Positions 12,940 to 26,340 of a stretch of 64,000 nt of DNA are shown here, one piece after another. Under the pieces are notes generated by a model. It was not told where the DNA came from. It did no database searches and saw only the letters and a program-made list of their open reading frames with translations. The stretch's first letter is position 1; the number at the start of each line of letters is the position of its first letter. A program made the position numbers and the translations under genes. Source of the DNA: Mytilus trossulus (taxonomy: Eukaryota); NCBI RefSeq assembly GCF_036588685.1, contig NC_086383.1, positions 310,001-374,000 of the forward strand, given 5' to 3'.

Positions 12940-14725
12940 AAAAACAGCTATTTTATAACATTTATACATGTGCATTTACATAATTTTTTTTCTCTAAAGT
13001 ACAACTACAGTAAAAACCGTATCCAGCAATCAGCTATTGTTTTATAATATTTAAACATGTTCATTTACATATTTGATTATACAGTATAACTAGAGTACAA
13101 ACATTATTAAATAATAAGCTATTTTATAACAATTATGCATGTACATTTACATATATTTTCTAAAGTACAAATAAAGTTCAAACAGTATCCAACAATCATC
13201 CATTTTATAACATTAAAAATTAACATTAATACATACAAAAAAAAAGATTTGGTATGATAGCCAATTAAACAACTGTCCACAAGAGACCAACATGACACAG
13301 ACATTAACAACTACATGTCACCATACTGCCTTCAATAATGAGCAAAGCCCATACCGCATAGTCAGCTATAAAAAGCCTTATTTGAATAAAAAATAAATAA
13401 ACGAGAAACAAATATGTAACACATAAACAATTGAAAACCACTTAATTACAGACTCCTGACTTGGGACAGGCACTTATATAAATAATGTGAGGGGGTTATA
13501 CATGTTATCGGGATCCCAACCCTCCCCTAACCCGGACAGTGGTATAACAGTACAACATAAAAACGAACTATACAAATCAGTTGAAAAAGGCTTAACTCAT
13601 CAGATGGACAAAAATACTAGCGGAAATATGTACATTTACATAATTTTTTTCTAAAGTACAGATCATGTTCATACACTATAAAAAAAATCAGCGGTTTTAT
13701 AACATTTATACATGTACATTTACATATTTTTCGGAAATACAACTAAAGTATAAAGAGTATCCAACAAACAGCCATTTTAAATCAGCGGTTTTATAACATT
13801 TATACATGTACATTTACATATTTTTTTCTGAAATACAACTAAAGTATAAAGAGTATCCAACAAACAGCCATTTTATAACATTTATATATAGACAAAGGAG
13901 TTCCAATGAGACAACTCTCCATCCAAATAACAATTAATAAAAGTAAAGTATTATATGTCAATGTTCGGCCTTAAGCACGGACCCTTGGCTCACATCGAAC
14001 AACAAGCTATTAAGGGCTCCAAAATTACTAGTGTGAAACCATTAAAATGGGAAAACAAACGGTAAAATCTATATAAAAAAACGAAAAACGAGAAACACGT
14101 ATCAATTCCTGACTTAGGACAGGTGCATATATTTCCAGTTGGATTAAACGTTGTAATTGTATCAAACCTTCTCCCTCGTTCTGTATAAAAGTTTAACATC
14201 ACAACATAGAAAAACACACGATAGAATGACAATTGCAAGCCTTAACTCAATCAAAAAACACTATGAACTAATAAATTGATCTGTGATACCTGAATGCAAA
14301 TACATAGTTAATAAAATTTCAGAGACAAACATTGAAGGCCAAAAATCAAAATCACAGGTTCAAGCAAAGCCCTGGCGACAACACCGTGACATATCTTACA
14401 ACGCCTACCAAATAATTAATTTTGAAAAAAAGGTTCCTTATTATATACATGTAAATGAAAAAGAACCTTTGTATTGTACTTTTACATATTTTTTCCTGTG
14501 GTACAAATAAAGTTCAAACAGTATAAAATAATCAGCTATTTTATAACATTTATACATGTTCATTTTCAAATGTGTTTTGAAAGTACAACTAGAGTACAAA
14601 CAGTATCAAACGATTAGCCATTTTATAACATTATGCATGTACATTTACATTTTTTTTTTCTGAGGTACAAATAAAGTTCAAACAGTATAGAATGATCAGC
14701 GGTTTTATAACATTTTACATGTCAA
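12940..14725. repeat. Degenerate AT-rich ~80-bp repeat array interrupted by dispersed repeats
   Basis: Recurrent CAGCTATTTTATAACATTTATACATGTACATTTACATA...AAAGTACAA motif. Interrupted by minus-strand copies of the abundant dispersed element at ~13235-13520 and ~13900-14170. Confidence 0.65.
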
Positions 14726-16449
14726 TTCACATAACTGCATACTCCAATTTTCTATATAAACGAGTATTTATATTAATATGATGAAATCAAATAAATAATT
14801 TTTAATTGTAAATTCAAAAATATTTGGTATATTGTAAGAAACAAATATTACCAGTTCATACATTATGTATGATAATTGCAATTGAGAGAAAAAAGCATAT
14901 TAAAACACGTGTATGTACTACGCTGAAATACCAGCCAAACCGTAAAGAAAACATGAACCCAGACATATCAAATTTTATATTACATGGGTTTATACATGAG
15001 AGGGTTGGTGATAATAACTGAAATACATACATATGTCAATGATGTCTCTTAAAATATTTAAGTCATGAGACGAACTTTTTAAAATCAGAAATGTTATCGC
15101 AATTATTGGACCAATGCATGCACATACTTGTATACTAAACTAAGTCGTGTAAGCACATTTTTAATATTGATTATTAAATATCTGAAACGTATTATTTACA
15201 GGTAATAATTCATTCAGAGGTAGTAGATTACAAACTACTACACTGTTGAGTTGTTGCCGAACAGATCGTGACGGGGATACAAAATACAAACAGAGCACGT
15301 GTGAAGAGGGACTTAAAGGCGGGTATCTGGACGGAATCGTGAAAAAATTGAAAGACCTATGATATGTATCTTTAATATAGTTGTTACATGATTTGTTGTA
15401 TCATATGTGTTTTTCAAGAATCTGTTATTTATATTACCCGTCAGGAACAGGGGAGTTTATATTTTTTTGTCAAGTTTGGCCGAAGAGAGGTTTCGTAGTT
15501 AAGGTCACTGCATACGAGACAATATCGACAAATTTGTTTCTAAGAAGTAAATAAATCAATATCTTCAAATTTGTGAAATTTTGATACTACAACAATAAAC
15601 GTTCACCCCTTTCACATTGAAATTCATCAATGCAATTCTTATATGAAATATGTTTGACTTTTTTTTATAAATCCGAAGCTTCATATGACTTTAATTATGG
15701 GGAATAGTAAATGAAGTGTTTTATCTATAAGGGATTTACATTGCTATGTCATCGCTATATTCACATATTTATTTTTTATATTTGTGTAGGATAATTTCTC
15801 CGCTAAGTAGAATATAATTGCGACAAAATCCTAAGCCCGACGTCAATAGCTTTGCAAGGAAAACAGACATTAAATAATCATTAGTTTTCTTTGAAATCTT
15901 GTTATTACCCCTAGATGAGATTGAACCCAAAAATTCCCTGTCGTCGGACACATATATAACATATTACATATTTTTTTCTTTCATTTTTGTACATAAATAA
16001 GGCCGTTAGTGTCTCGTTTAAATTGTTTTACATTGTCTTATCGCGGCTTTTTATAGCAGAATACGCGGTATTGGCTTTGCTCGTTGTTGAAGGACGTACG
16101 ATGACCTATAGTTGTTAATGTCTGTGCCATGTTGGTCTTTTGTGGATAGTTGTCCCATTGGCAATCATACCACATCTTCTTTTTATTTTTAACCAAAACA
16201 AATTGTTTGATTAGTTGTTTTTTTCACGATATTTACTGAAATATCGATGACTTTCTTTAGTGCAGTCGAAATATTTTAAATTTCAGATTATTTTCAAATT
16301 TATTCGAATCTTGCGACAAATAAAACAATACAACCCAAGTTAACATGTTGTACATGTTGTATGCATATTATTATCGAACAAGAAATTTCATAATCAATTA
16401 TTATGTTTTAAAAATGTTTATAATCATTTCCTTATGTTACAAAAGGACA

Positions 16450-16462
16450 TTTTATATAATAG
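16450..16462 (+). promoter_or_regulatory. Candidate TATA box of the secreted-protein gene
   Basis: TTTTATATAATAG lies ~85 bp upstream of ATG 16538. Weak evidence in AT-rich DNA. Confidence 0.35.
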
Positions 16463-16537
16463 TGATCAGTATATATTCCCTGTGCAATCATTACACCCTA
16501 CACTTTCTAACTGATTGCACGTATAAACACTTGCACG

Positions 16538-19500
16538 ATGAAGAGCTATATACTTGCCTTTGTACTGCTTTTATCGTATGGTAAGTGTAATTAAATAAAC
16601 AAAAAATAATTCTGAAATCACAATAGTTGGGTTTCTAAAAGATCTTTGGAAAAGAAGATAAAAAACCCATTGCCAATCTTTTCTAAAAAATGTCATGTGA
16701 TATTACAGTTGTATTATTGTTTCGACATTTTCAAGTGTCGATACTTAAATATAGAGAGAACGAGTACAAATATATATTTAAAATTTAGATTTTAAACAGA
16801 ATGACATTGACAATCAAGTTAAAACTTCATCATGCTCATCTAAATTATACATTTGTTGTAGATTATGCCACAGGTCAATGTAATTTCCCGTGCAAAGCGC
16901 AAAAAAGGCTTTATGATTGGCTTGCAGATAATGGTGACGCTACTGGTTCTCAGGTAAAGTTCGACGCGTCAACTTACACACTTTCTGTAAACGGCACAGA
17001 GTATAAAACGGACTGTGTTCATCGATCTGGACCTTTCTATGTACTAAGGTAAGCAATTCTTTTTTTATATTTTCTATTTTTCTTTAATTTAATTTTCTGA
17101 AATATTAGTAAGACGCTTGTTTTAATCCATTGTTGCTACTTATGGCTGTGACTATAATGATATTTTTGTCTGAAATTTGTTATCACTAATACTTACTTAC
17201 TTAATAATACAAGACTAGTATGAATCATATGTTTTGATTATCGTTCTTGAAAAGTACTGGAATTGAGAAAAACACATGTAAAATTTGCCTTTTTGAGAAA
17301 GGAGTAGGTTCAGTAAGACCCCTTTTTGGCCCCGAAATATAGCAGTTTTTCAAAATTGTTATAATGTCGATTTTGAGTTTTTTATTTGAAAGAACAATGT
17401 TTCTGCTACATACCTATGGGCTGTTCCTTACAATATAAGCATATATATCGGTTCCAGCATCATTCAGTCATGCTAAATTATTAAAATTTTCACAATTAAG
17501 TATTTTAGTTAAATTTTAGACGATTTCCGTCTTAAATGAAAGCGGCCGCATCTGTGTTCATTCATAATATTGAAATGTAAGTTGTATTTGATGATAATAC
17601 ATAACATATTTAAAAATTGAGGATGAACTCGGATGCGGCCACTTATATTTCTGACAAAAAAAAATCTGAAAAGTTACATATTTTGGCATAATTCATAGAT
17701 TTTCATATTTCAGCATGACCGAAATCTTTTGACAGATGAACCTGAAATTTGAGGCAAAACCGGACCTGCCCCTTTGTTTAGTTCTAGCCCATACATGTGA
17801 TAACACCAAACATTTATGTATTATGCATAACAATGAGACATGACTATTTTATAGACACATGTTGACAATAGAGCCGGTACCTATTGATATCATCTATGTT
17901 GCATTGTGAATCTGTGTTGTTTTACTGTCGAACAGTTCAAACCCTAAGATTCTTGCATTGATGATGTTATAGCGATGGCATTTTAACATCAGAAACACAT
18001 ATCCATGTCAGTTGCTAATGTCAATGTTGAAATGTAAAATCCTATGAATTATCATGTAATTAAATTTCTTATTCTTTTCTTATTTTACAGACGTAAAATT
18101 GAAGGAGTAGTGTCGTATATTTGCCTGAAGAACGCAATATTAAAAAATGTAGAATGTTTTAAATAATCATTAAATGAAATGTCTTATTCTGTTTTATTTT
18201 GTTCAGACGTAAAATTGAAAGAGTAGTGTCTTATGTTTTCCTGAAGAATGCAATTTTAAAAAATGTAATATACTTTAAATAATCATTTAATGAAATTTCG
18301 TATTCTGTTTTTATTTTTCAGACGTACAATTAATGGAGTAGTTTCTTATATTTGCCTGAAGAACTCGAGGTTTACAATATCTGCTGACTTCTTAGTCTTA
18401 TTTAGAACTGAATGGAGTAAGTCACGTTTGTATTTGTTTGGCTTTATAACTATTTTGATATGAGCGTCACTGATGAGTCTTATGTAGACGAAACGCGCCT
18501 CTGGCGTACTAAATTATAATCCTGGTACCTTTTGATAACTATTGTAGCTATAACGCAATAAGATTTTACTCATACATAGTTATTGTTTACAAGACTAATA
18601 CAATACATGTTTTTCAATTATTAAAAATGTCTTGTACCAAATCAGGAATATGGTCATTGTAATATTTTAGTTCGTTTTTGTGTGTGTCACCTTTTAACGT
18701 TGCGTCGTTTGTTTTCGCTTATTTTTTAGTGTAAATTCACATTGCGGTAGGACATGTCACGGTTCTTGTCTATCCCAAATTCAGGTATTTGGATTTGATG
18801 TTATTTTTGTTATTTTCGTGGGATATTGTCGGATGCTTGGTCCGTTTCTGTGTGTGTTACATTTTAGTGTTGTGTCGTTGTTCTCCTCTTATTTTTAATG
18901 CGTTTCCCTCGGTTTTAGTTTGTTATCCCGAGTTTGTTTTTTTTGTCCATGGAATTATGAGTTTTGAACCGCGGTATAATACTTTTGCGTTTATTTCAAT
19001 TATTTAGGTACGTAATTTAGTAAAATTAAAAAATAACGAAAAATTAAATTACAGTTATCACATGAGCATTTGTGAAGTAACCATATTTGTTTTAACACCT
19101 CATCATACTTTCTAAAGAATGTTACATTGTTAGTTTGATACAAGTATATATTGATATTTATAAAGGTATCGTTAAACATACAATTTTGATATCAATATTA
19201 TATGTTCTTTCAAATCGCAAGAAAAAACAAGCTATACATTTAACTTCCGAAGTCTTCTATGAGAAGATCTAGAAGAGTAGGTGATATTTCTAAAAAAGTA
19301 TACCAATTATCATATAAAAAAACTTACAAGTTGTATTTTTATTTTCAGAGGCATTTACTGGAAATCCAACTTTGTGTGACGTGTGCACCGGAAAGGATTT
19401 TATTGCACCGGAACTTTTAAACGGTAGGTATTAATTGCATGTATTTCTTATTAGTCAAATAACTATTATTGAATAGACAAAGATATCCAAAATTTTGCAG

Positions 19501-21948
19501 TTGCTACACCAACGTATACAACTATTAAGTTTCTACTACATACATAAACAAGATGGTATTGAATTATAGATTTTAGATGTTTTGATGAATTTTGATATTT
19601 GATTTTGCCATGTGTTTATGGACTTTCCGAATTGATTTTTCTCAAACTTCAGTATTTTAGTGATTTTATATTTTACGAAATCATCATTCAACTACTTTGG
19701 ATCGGTATTATAATGTTTGTCTATTTGGTATTGATTGTCGTTTAACTATATTCTGCTGTTTGGTCGGGTTGCTATCTTTTGATATATTCCCTAGTAAGTT
19801 GTTGTTTTATTTTATCAAAATTTATGTTAGCTTCATTTTTGTATTTATAGATGTGAATACCACTGGTAAGTAATTACATTCGTAACATACGTCAATCATA
19901 TTTTAAACCGTGAATCAAAATCAAATATTTTTAACTTGAATCCCATGTTGTGAAGCTCAATATTTTAAAAAGGGAAAACAACTTTTTGTTAAAATTGGAT
20001 AAATTTGAAAAACATCAAACTCAAAGTTTAAAACAATGTTTTATCATACTGCGAACACAGTCTGCTTATAATTTCAGTGATGTTTTAAGAACAGTTCATT
20101 TTATTAAGATGTCTTAATAAAAATAGCGGCACAGTAGTAAAGGATAAAATGTATTTTTATCAGTTGCTTCACCTTCAAATTCCTATTTAACTGTTAATAC
20201 ACACTAGTATTTATTTTGATACACTTTTTTGATACAGATATTCAACCTTTATAAGTATTTGAATAGAGAAAATATAATAAGTCCACTCGAAAACGATAAC
20301 GAGTAGAAAGCGTTAGCCAAAGCAGAATGTTTATTTAGATGTTTCTTTTCTTTACCCAAAATCAGGCTAATTTAGAATGTCTCCGACTTAATATTAGGAA
20401 TATATTTATTCGAATATAATTAGCTGTTTATGATAAAATTAATGTATGAATATGTTTGTAGACTGCAAAATTGGTATGTATGTTTTTTTATGTTTTCATT
20501 TAACGTATTGTTTTGCATTTTAAAGACAATTTTGTTTTTAGATAATATATGTTTTTTTCTTAAAAATCTTCTTTTCATGTATTTATATTCTCAAACTCTT
20601 AAACATCATTGAATCTAAACATCATGTAACTACTACAAGACTGATTAATGCAATGAAGGAGACTTTCTGTTCTACTTCATTTGTTAATATAAACGATTCA
20701 TATGTTAAACAAATCAATATTTCAAATGAAATTGAAAATAAAGAAGGGTAGTTAATATTTTTCTATATCATTTTCTCATAGTATAGTAGGAGGTGTCAAA
20801 CTAGCAGTATTCTTAAAACTAAATTCAGGTTAAAAATTATCGTTAGACTTATTTGCACTCTTTTTGTATCCACTATATATTTTTTTTTATTTTGGTGTAA
20901 ATTGTTTCTCTTGTGGAGAGTTGTCTCATTGGCATTCATACCACATCTTCTTTTCTTATATTATTATGACAGTTAGACATACTTCAATTTTATTTGTTTA
21001 CCTGGATGGAGAGTTGTCTCATTGGCATGCATACAACATCTTCTTTTCTTATATTATTATGACAGTTAGACATACTTCAATTTTATTTGTTTACTTAGAT
21101 GGAAAGTTGTCTCATTGTCATATCTTCATATATATATATTTATATATAAGCAATATCATTAAAAAAGTGTGCAAATAGTAAATAGTCAATGAACTTTTGA
21201 AAAGCCAAGACAGATAATACGCAGACTGTTTACTTATAATATAATAAACTGATTTCATTGTAATAAGAGTTTTTGTTCTGTTTTATAGTTTCGGTACCTG
21301 GTGAGTATTTATCATTTATATTTCTAATATAATTCAGCAAGACATTAAAATGTTTAAGAGTTCAAATAAAAACAACACCACATGCAGACGAAAAAAACGA
21401 GATATGCTTTTCATTCAACAAAAAGTTTCAACATCAGTTTTCATGATATATATGTGATGAAAATAATGATATGTGTTAGTTAATATGAATAAAGCTAATC
21501 TCCAATTAAAAAGGTATCGCTCAAAACATAGCTAACACAAAGAACACAAAGTCAAATTGAGAAATACAATGACAAAAAATAAGCGAAACATTTTGTAGTG
21601 TTACATCAATTGTCAATTTATTATATCATGACCGTTGCGAACCTGGTTTCTCTTCAAGGACGATGTATTTCGTATAGTTAACTTATATATAGAATACAAT
21701 ATTTTGATATGCGCGTCACTGATGAGTCTTATGTAGACGAAACACACGTATGGCGTTCTTAATTATAATCCTGGCACTAACGTTCTAAATTATAACCCTG
21801 GCACTAACCTAATGACAATATATTGTATTTTTCAGAATTGGGTTGTAATCTTCCTTTTGTGTGTCCTATAACTGACCCGGGGGTTGATAAACGATGTACT
21901 CCATGCGAACCTTCTGAGGCTAGCGACGACGGTCTTTGTTGTGGATAG
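16538..21948 (+). CDS. 7-exon gene for a 179-aa secreted cysteine-rich protein of unknown function
   Basis: Exons 16538-16580, 16862-17048, 18322-18416, 19349-19423, 19851-19865, 21289-21300, 21836-21948. All introns are GT..AG with polypyrimidine tracts and phases 1,2,1,1,1,1; total 540 nt with no internal stop. Product MKSYILAFVLLLSYDYATG|QCNFPCKAQKRLYDWLADNGDATGSQVKFDASTYTLSVNGTEYKTDCVHRSGPFYVLRRTINGVVSYICLKNSRFTISADFLVLFRTEWKAFTGNPTLCDVCTGKDFIAPELLNDVNTTVSVPELGCNLPFVCPITDPGVDKRCTPCEPSEASDDGLCCG. Signal peptide, 12 Cys, AATAAA at 22012. Confidence 0.82.
17298..17776. mobile_element. Intronic MITE-like element
   Basis: Imperfect TIRs AAAGGAGTAGGTTCAGT / ACCGGACCTGCCCCTTT. A related terminus occurs at ~5277-5312. 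Confidence 0.55.
18464..18507 (+). ncRNA. Type I hammerhead ribozyme copy (stem III mismatch) in intron 3 of the secreted-protein gene
   Basis: GCGTCA CTGATGA GTCT TATGT AGAC GAAA CGCGCC TC TGGCGT; part of a retrozyme fragment at ~18430-18542. Confidence 0.75.
21713..21756 (+). ncRNA. Type I hammerhead ribozyme copy (GUA triplet) in intron 6 of the secreted-protein gene
   Basis: GCGTCA CTGATGA GTCT TATGT AGAC GAAA CACACG TA TGGCGT. Confidence 0.75.
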
Positions 21949-22011
21949 TTGTGTGATTTCAATTAACACATTCTTCAATGGATAAACTATGTGCAATCAT
22001 ACTAATTAAAA

Positions 22012-22017
22012 AATAAA
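22012..22017 (+). promoter_or_regulatory. Polyadenylation signal of the secreted-protein gene
   Basis: AATAAA ~64 nt after the TAG stop at 21948. Confidence 0.55.
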
Positions 22018-22360
22018 AGTATTGACTTTTATCTATATGCCTAATTTATTACAAATTTCTAATGTAACATGGAGACACTAACCAATATCACTGCAGTAAT
22101 GAGTACTCCTTTGTTTGCACGAATTATCATCGATATGATCATAATTATGTATTAACTGTTTAAAAAAACTTTAAACTATTCGAGATACTAAGAAATATCT
22201 ACCCCAAGAGTAAATTATTTAAACTGGTTTTGACAAAACATTTCAAAATGCTTGACTCTCAATTCTCTCTATATTTTAAACACACATCTGCCTTCAAAAT
22301 TTAAAAAGTGTTACCTATAATGAGTTTATTTTCATCCTAAATATTTGCAAAGATATAATG

Positions 22361-22571
22361 TACCGTAAAGAGGATTAATTTCGCGGGTATCAAATTTCGT
22401 GATTTTTATTGAATATTGCATACGATATAGATTGGCGGTTATAATTTTGTCGGATTCAAAACTTATAACAATGCTTTTGAATGTTCCGTTTTAAATTGGC
22501 GGCATTCGTTCTGGCGATTTTGTTCTAACCGCAAAAGTTTGCAACCCGCGAACATTACCCGCTATACGGTA
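22361..22571. mobile_element. Tc1/mariner(pogo)-type MITE with TA target-site duplication
   Basis: TA|CCGTAAAGAGGATTAATTTCGCGGGT ... ACCCGCGAACATTACCCGCTATACGG|TA. Confidence 0.8.
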
Positions 22572-23329
22572 TATTGTACTAATAAGGAATGTTGGATACA
22601 ATTTTATGTTGATAGTTGACATTAATCAATCCAAGTTTGATAGTAAGCAAAGCAAAAGCATGAAATAGTATATGTTTAATTCAGAAAGAATAGACAAAAG
22701 GAGAGAACTTAATTTTCTTTTCAAATGTGGTGTCTGTGGTCAATGCCAGACATACGAAGGATTTTTTGCAAAGACCTTGTATACATTTATTTTTATCAGC
22801 TTGTACTTTACTAGCATGATAAGTTTTTAAAAAGCAATTTAGAATTCCCCTTTTTTTCCACTTATGTTATCCGATTACTGTAAGGGAAGCTTAACGTCGT
22901 AAGCGTCCATTCAAAATCCAAAAGCCAAAGCCAAAGAAACAAATGACAATGCCGCTGCAGCTAAAGGATTCAAAAACGAACACAAAAATTGATAGATATC
23001 ATAAGATGGCAAATTCCCTTTTCATATAGAAAAAGTCATTAACGGCCAATTCTTTATTGACATGCAATGTCCTAGTATTCGCAAAGCTGTTTGTTCTAAT
23101 ACAGACTGACAATGCATGTACTACACGATAGCATTCTGAACCAAATTGTCAATTCTGTTTATTCTTGTCCGTACACTCCATAGAATTGTCAAATTGCAAA
23201 GAATCATATCGATGCCACTACCAAGCATATAGCAGATGTATTCCTGTATTGCTATGAATATCAGTCTCTGACAAATCCACTTTTCTTTCTTAAAATAATT
23301 CAACTGCTAACTATTCAACTATTCGACTG

Positions 23330-26300
23330 CAAAAATCACAAATAAAAAAGTTAACAATGGAAGTAAGGAAAATATTAAACATAAATTCACAAAAAAGTTA
23401 TATTATTAACCTTGAAAAGAAATTAAAAATTAGAAAAGCTCAAATTAAATAGTACTACTTCTGGGGAGGTTGACAATAAGAAATCAGAAATAGAATTACT
23501 AATCAAAATTACTATGAGAACAAATCAGAGGTGTCTAAAATCAGGGCGCGTGTAAAATGGGCGGAAGAAGGGGAAAAATTGTCGAGCTACTTCTTCAATC
23601 TCGAAAAGCAAAACGGAAAAAATAAATTATGGAGTCGAATTAAAACAGACAATGGACATTTTAAATACAATATAGACGAAATACTAAATAAACAATTTAA
23701 TTCTACTCAAATTTATTTAGCTCCGAGGGATGGAATTTGGAAAGTGCTAAAGATTTAACCAGTCACATAGAAAATAAAATAAACGATGACGACAAAAAAT
23801 TATTGACCGTGATATTACCGCGGAGGAAATAATGAAAGTTCTAAAAATTATAAAAACAAATAAATCCCCAGGGGAGGACGGGATCATATCTGATATTTAT
23901 GTAATATTTTGGAATATCATACAAGAAGAATTTTGTACGTTATTGCAAGAAATATTTAATGACAAAACAATGTCGGATTCGCAATATAAAGGAGTTTAAT
24001 CATTATTATTTAAGGGCAGGAAACGGGAAAATATACGTAAGTGGCGCCCTCTTACACTTCTGAATTGCGATTATAAAATTATAGCTAAAATACTAGCAGA
24101 AAGATTTAAAATAGTCCTTCCTAAGCTTATACATCCAGACCAAAAAGGGTTTGTAAAAGGCAGACATATAACGGAAGCAAATAGAATGATACAGGATATC
24201 ATAAAATATATTGATGATGAAGATGAAGATGATATAATTGTCTTTTTAGACCAACAAAAGGCATTTGATAGGGTGGAACGGGGATGGCTTGACTTCGTTA
24301 TGAAGGAATTTAATTTTGGGGACAATTATCGTGGTTGGGTTCAAATGCTTTTGAAAAGTGCAAAGACGTGTATTAAAACAAATGGCTACGTCTCAAAATA
24401 TTTTTCAATTTCTAGATCAGCCAGGCAGGGTTGTCCTGTAGCCCCCTTTTAATATATATTACAGGCAGAGCCCTTGGTCTGTACAATAAGGGCAGAAAAA
24501 GACATTCAAGGCATTATATTGCCTGGGGAAGAAAATAGGGAGCTAATAGAAACCAAATTAAATATTTTTGCAGACGACAGAAAATTATTTAATAAAAATG
24601 AAAGTTCTGTAATACAAATCTTTTGAAATATTAGACAAATATGAATAGGCATCGGTTCTTAAATTAATTACGAAAAGACTAAGGGAATAAATATTGGCGC
24701 AAATAAACGCAAACGACCTACTTTTAAAAAGATAAGCTGGACAACAGATAACATAAAAACACTAGGTATTCACCATGGTTATAACATTGACAATGACAAA
24801 ATTTGGAAATCAATATTTGAAAAAGTACAAAATTGTGAACACGTCTAGAAAAGTCGAAAATTGACTTACTCTGGAAAAGTCCTTATTGTTAAAAAATTAA
24901 TTATATCAGTGTGTGGTTATGAGTTAGAGATAAGAGGTAAACCCGAAAAATACAAAAAAGAATTGAAAAAGATAATATTGAATTTTATTTGGGATGGGAA
25001 AGTAAATCAAGTAGACCGGAAGGTTTGTTGTTTAGATGTTAAAAAGGTTGGCATGGGGATGGTCAATTTAGATAGTTGGATAAAAAGTAAATATATCAAA
25101 TTTTTATATTCGATATTACATAAGCCATTATCTAGTTGGAATGCAATAGGTAAATTTTGGTTAAAAAATGTGATAAGAAATTTGAGGATGAACTTTTTCT
25201 GTGTAAATGTTTTGACCTTTCAGGTCTTGAGATAAAAAACCTACCACATTATTACAAAAGCGCATTACATCCATGGTCAAAATTGGCAAAGATCACACAG
25301 GGTATATTTAACGAAATGAAAGTAAAGAAACAGCGATTATTTGGAAACTCAAATATTTTATTTCAGGGCAAATCTTTATTTTATTCTTCCTTTTCAAGAA
25401 GTCAGATCAAAACTCTTAGTGATATATGGGACAATAATACCAAAGATTTTAAATCGTGCAACGAAATATATAGACAATTAAAAGATAAACGTTATTGTAA
25501 TCAAAAGTTCCATACCACAAACATTCATGCAGATTTAAAAAAAAGAAGGATGATCAACCTGCTTTAAAAAGCAACAAAATAAAAATTTCTGAAAACCTTG
25601 AATTTCTAAATCCAGACAATAAAATCATTAAAAACAAGGAACATATGTTCAATTAAACATTAACATAACTGAGACCCCTAAGTGTCAAACAAAATGGGAA
25701 AATTTGTATAGCGAGTATATAAATTGGGAAACAATTAGGCTAAATCTAAGTAAAATGAATGTTAATAGAAAATTTGAAGAATTTCAATGGAAATGTATAC
25801 ACAGGATTATACATACAGAAATCCAACTAAAAAAATTGCGCATGTCAAATGGAAAATGTCATTTATGTGATGAAATTAATAATATTGAAACTCTTGAGCA
25901 TTTATTTTATCAATGTAACAATGGTAAACCATTGGTAGAAACGGTTACTATATTTACAACTTTGTAACTTTATAAACGACGAGGTTCTCGTTGAAAAAGA
26001 TATTTTATTGGGAATTGGTACAGAGAATTCGAGTAATTTCATTGTTAATTCAATAATACTTTATTTCAAATGGCCTAGTTGGAAAATACGTAATAACTGC
26101 AAATTCGATAAAATTAAACTGAATGTGCAGTCTATACAGGCTATGCTAAAAATGCACATGAAAAACGAATTAAAATTTCTTCTGCTACGCTCGGATATAA
26201 AGTATATATGCAAAACGAAAAGTAAACTCTTTATCGAATAAATTTAGGAAGATGTACTTAGTTCTACTGCTCTAAACGAAAGGTGTGTTCAATTCCATAT

Positions 26301-26340
26301 ATACTTATCTTAATGTATGGTGAACACTATGTGATTATAA
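23330..26340 (+). mobile_element. Decayed Tx1/L1-clade non-LTR retrotransposon (ORF2 fragments)
   Basis: RARVKWAEEGEKLSSYFFNLEK, KSPGEDG, WRPLTLLNCDYKIIAK, DQKGFVKGR, LDQQKAFDRV, RQGCP, FADD (~24567) and a C-terminal zf-RVT-like CHLC...ETLEHLFYQC. Many stops and frameshifts. Confidence 0.92.

Noticed and set aside
20782-20792. Possible extra microexon in intron 5 of the secreted-protein gene
   Set aside because: Weak donor (GTGTCA) and an 11-nt length that would break the frame.
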